Shown here piece by piece: positions 58,124-60,252 of a stretch of 60,252 bases of DNA; positions within the stretch are counted from its first letter, which is position 1, and each line of letters opens with the position of its first letter. The position numbers and the translations under genes were made by a program. The stretch covers positions 1 to 60,252 of the forward strand of contig JAVXOZ010000011.1 in assembly GCA_036644995.1 (NCBI GenBank), given 5' to 3'. The notes below the pieces were generated by a model that was given only the letters and a program-made list of their open reading frames with translations, was not told the DNA's origin and made no database searches. Source of the DNA: Clostridiales bacterium. GTDB taxonomy: Bacteria > Bacillota > Dehalobacteriia > UBA7702.

Positions 58124-58171
58124 AATTAATAACAATAGTTTTTAATTGTGCAATTAAGATGGATTTTTTAT

Positions 58172-58933
58172 TTATTCTTCATTTTCTTTAACAACAGGTA
58201 TAAATTGTTTGGCAAACTCGCCTTTACCACGGCTTTTAATATAAAAATAACCAATAACAGAAAAAACCACAGCACCGATGAAATTTACAAATAAATCCTT
58301 CATAGTATCAAACAATCCAACATCAATGTAGCCGCCATATTTTCCCAGCCAATCTTCACCATTAACCACCAAGCTGTTAATTTCTACGTGCTCTGTTATA
58401 TTTAAGCCCTGTGCATTGAAAATTACGGAATTTATAGAGGTAACAATGGCATCTTTTTGCATATCCATGGCAAAAAACATATCCATAGTCCATTCAAAAA
58501 ATTCCCACAAAATCCCAATGGTCATGGAAAAACAAAAAGCCACCAAGGCTACAAAAAGTGGAGATAATTCCAAGGCAAAATGTTCACTGCGGTTAAAAAT
58601 ATCCACCAAGGAAAAGCCGATTGCCGCCATAAGGAAACCATTAATTACATGGAGAATGGTATCCCAAAAAGGAATAATTGTATAAAAAGAATTTATTTCC
58701 CCCAAAATTTCTGCTGAAAAAATGAAACAAAGAATTATTTTTTCCAACAGCGGGGGCAAATCTATACCCATATGTTTATCCACAAACACAGGTATACAAA
58801 AAAGTATTAAGGTAAGGCAGCACGTAAATATATTTTCGTAATTACCTAAAAATATTTGCCTAATAAGCACTAAAATAACTAAAAATGATAAAACTGAACG
58901 TATTGTTAATTTTCTTTTAACTTTATGTTCCAT
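58172..58933 (-). CDS. conserved membrane protein (DUF2238-like)
   Basis: LGEI..FY....WDTILH..GF, G.LWEFFE, DTM.DL motifs with TM segments. Confidence 0.8.
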   Translation of the reverse strand: MEHKVKRKLTIRSVLSFLVILVLIRQIFLGNYENIFTCCLTLILFCIPVFVDKHMGIDLPPLLEKIILCFIFSAEILGEINSFYTIIPFWDTILHVINGFLMAAIGFSLVDIFNRSEHFALELSPLFVALVAFCFSMTIGILWEFFEWTMDMFFAMDMQKDAIVTSINSVIFNAQGLNITEHVEINSLVVNGEDWLGKYGGYIDVGLFDTMKDLFVNFIGAVVFSVIGYFYIKSRGKGEFAKQFIPVVKENEE

Positions 58934-59090
58934 TATTCACACTCCGCTTTCTTCTCTGAAATATATTTTAAGGTAAGAATATAATATTGTCAACGATAAT
59001 AAGAATATAGCTGAATAATCACGGTAAAATTAGCATTTTTGAATAAATTATGGTATAATAATTTCCATTAAACTTAGGGAGGAAAATAAA

Positions 59091-59561
59091 ATGTCTGTAA
59101 CAGCAGTAAAAGAATATTTAGCACAGTTTAATTGGGCAGATAAAGTTAGAGAATTAACGGTTTCCTGTGCCACAGTGGAGCTGGCAGCCGCCGCACTGAA
59201 CACCGAGGCTGCTCGAATTGCCAAAACCCTATCTTTTAAAAAAGAGGAAGGCTGCATTTTGGTGGTATGTGCCGGGGATATGAAAATAGATAACAAAAAA
59301 TTTAAAACTACCTTTGGGGTAAAAGCCAAAATGCTCACACCTGAGGAGGCAATTTCCATGACGGGACACGCCGTAGGCGGTGTTTGCCCCTTTGCTCTGC
59401 CCCAAGATGTGGCAGTGTTTTTAGATGATTCTTTAAAGAGATTTACCACCATTTTTCCTGCTTGCGGCAGCAGCAACAGCTTAATAGAATTAAACCCCGA
59501 TGAATTGGCAATGGCGGCAAAAAGCCAAAACTGGGTTGATGTATGCAAAACCAGAGAATAG
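59091..59561 (+). CDS. YbaK/EbsC (ProXp) aminoacyl-tRNA editing protein
   Basis: ATVELAA.AL....RIAKTLSF, GHAVGGVCPF, ACGSSNS. Confidence 0.92.
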   Translation: MSVTAVKEYLAQFNWADKVRELTVSCATVELAAAALNTEAARIAKTLSFKKEEGCILVVCAGDMKIDNKKFKTTFGVKAKMLTPEEAISMTGHAVGGVCPFALPQDVAVFLDDSLKRFTTIFPACGSSNSLIELNPDELAMAAKSQNWVDVCKTRE

Positions 59562-59954
59562 TAAGATTAGATAATATTACGATTAAAAAATTAAACCATA
59601 GTAATGTTAGAAGATAATGAGATTAAAACATAGAAAATAAGATAATAGAAAAATCAAAAAACAGTAAGATAAAAAGATAGTAATATTAAAAAAACAGCAA
59701 AATTTAAAAAACAATTTAAAAGTCCCATTTTCCGCAGAAAATGGGACTAAACTTATGCACAAAATGCAATTTTTATTATAATATGTAGGCTTTAATACCT
59801 TAGGCTTAGGCAAAAACCTTAAAGCTTTGGTAAAAGCCCTTGAACAGATAAACGCACCAATATACGAAATCTCAATATACTTTGACGCATAAAAGAAGTG
59901 GTAGCTTGGGAAGTTTACCTCTTATAAAACTTTATACGCAACCTTTTACGGTGT

Positions 59955-60252
59955 TTATTTAACACCGTATTTTCTTTTTTGATCCGCAACCATAGCCATA
60001 ACCTCTGGAATTTCCCCTGCCATCAATTCATCATAAAAGCCTTTGTATTCATAGGTGGATTCTGTATTTTCTTGAATACGTGCCACAAAATTTGCCAATA
60101 AGCCCCAATCTTTTTTATAGCTGTGGAAGCTGTTGGCAGTGTGGGTGTAGCTGCCAACCCCCACCCCTAATTCCTTTGCAATTTTTTCCTGCAAGGCAAT
60201 AAAGGCAAAGGCATTCATAAAAGTAGCTTCTGTGGCATCGTTACTCCGCATC
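59955..60252 (-). CDS. thyA: thymidylate synthase, archaeal-type, C-terminal part (5' end outside window)
   Basis: MRSND...A.FMN, L...IA.ELGV.VGSYTH.ANSFH.Y. Confidence 0.8.
   Translation of the reverse strand, partial: MRSNDATEATFMNAFAFIALQEKIAKELGVGVGSYTHTANSFHSYKKDWGLLANFVARIQENTESTYEYKGFYDELMAGEIPEVMAMVADQKRKYGVK

Overview
AT-rich Firmicutes (Clostridia/Peptococcaceae-like anaerobe) chromosomal segment, probably origin-proximal (rpsF-ssb-rpsR-yybS-rplI-lonC-dnaB, ychF). The first ~5 kb is one end of a phage-satellite/PICI-like island integrated at tRNA-Thr(CGT). It carries a tyrosine integrase with an internal HTH, an XRE repressor, divergent cro/xis, an NrS-1-like primase-polymerase fused to a RepA/AAA_25 helicase, and an iteron-rich ori; the island runs off the left edge. 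The rest is mostly housekeeping and anaerobic metabolism: tRNA-Lys and tRNA-Ser, the pgeF-yggS-sepF-proC-yggT cluster, two four-subunit 2-oxoacid:ferredoxin oxidoreductases, apgM, pfkA, ilvC, nhaA, larB, rnhA, a 1477-aa SLH surface protein and a partial archaeal-type thyA. The most unusual signals are four. (1) Six co-oriented ~150-163 bp structured palindromic repeats, mostly next to or inside hairpins/terminators; two are flanked by 25-26 bp duplications of the terminator and three carry a perfect DnaA box. (2) A MarR-linked MFS exporter with a ~480-aa repeated coiled-coil insertion. (3) An indel-free 18 x 11-bp array after rnhA. (4) Tiny IS3 and IS30 relics plus many intergenic tandem repeats. 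All calls come from reading the sequence and recalled family motifs; no database searches were run.
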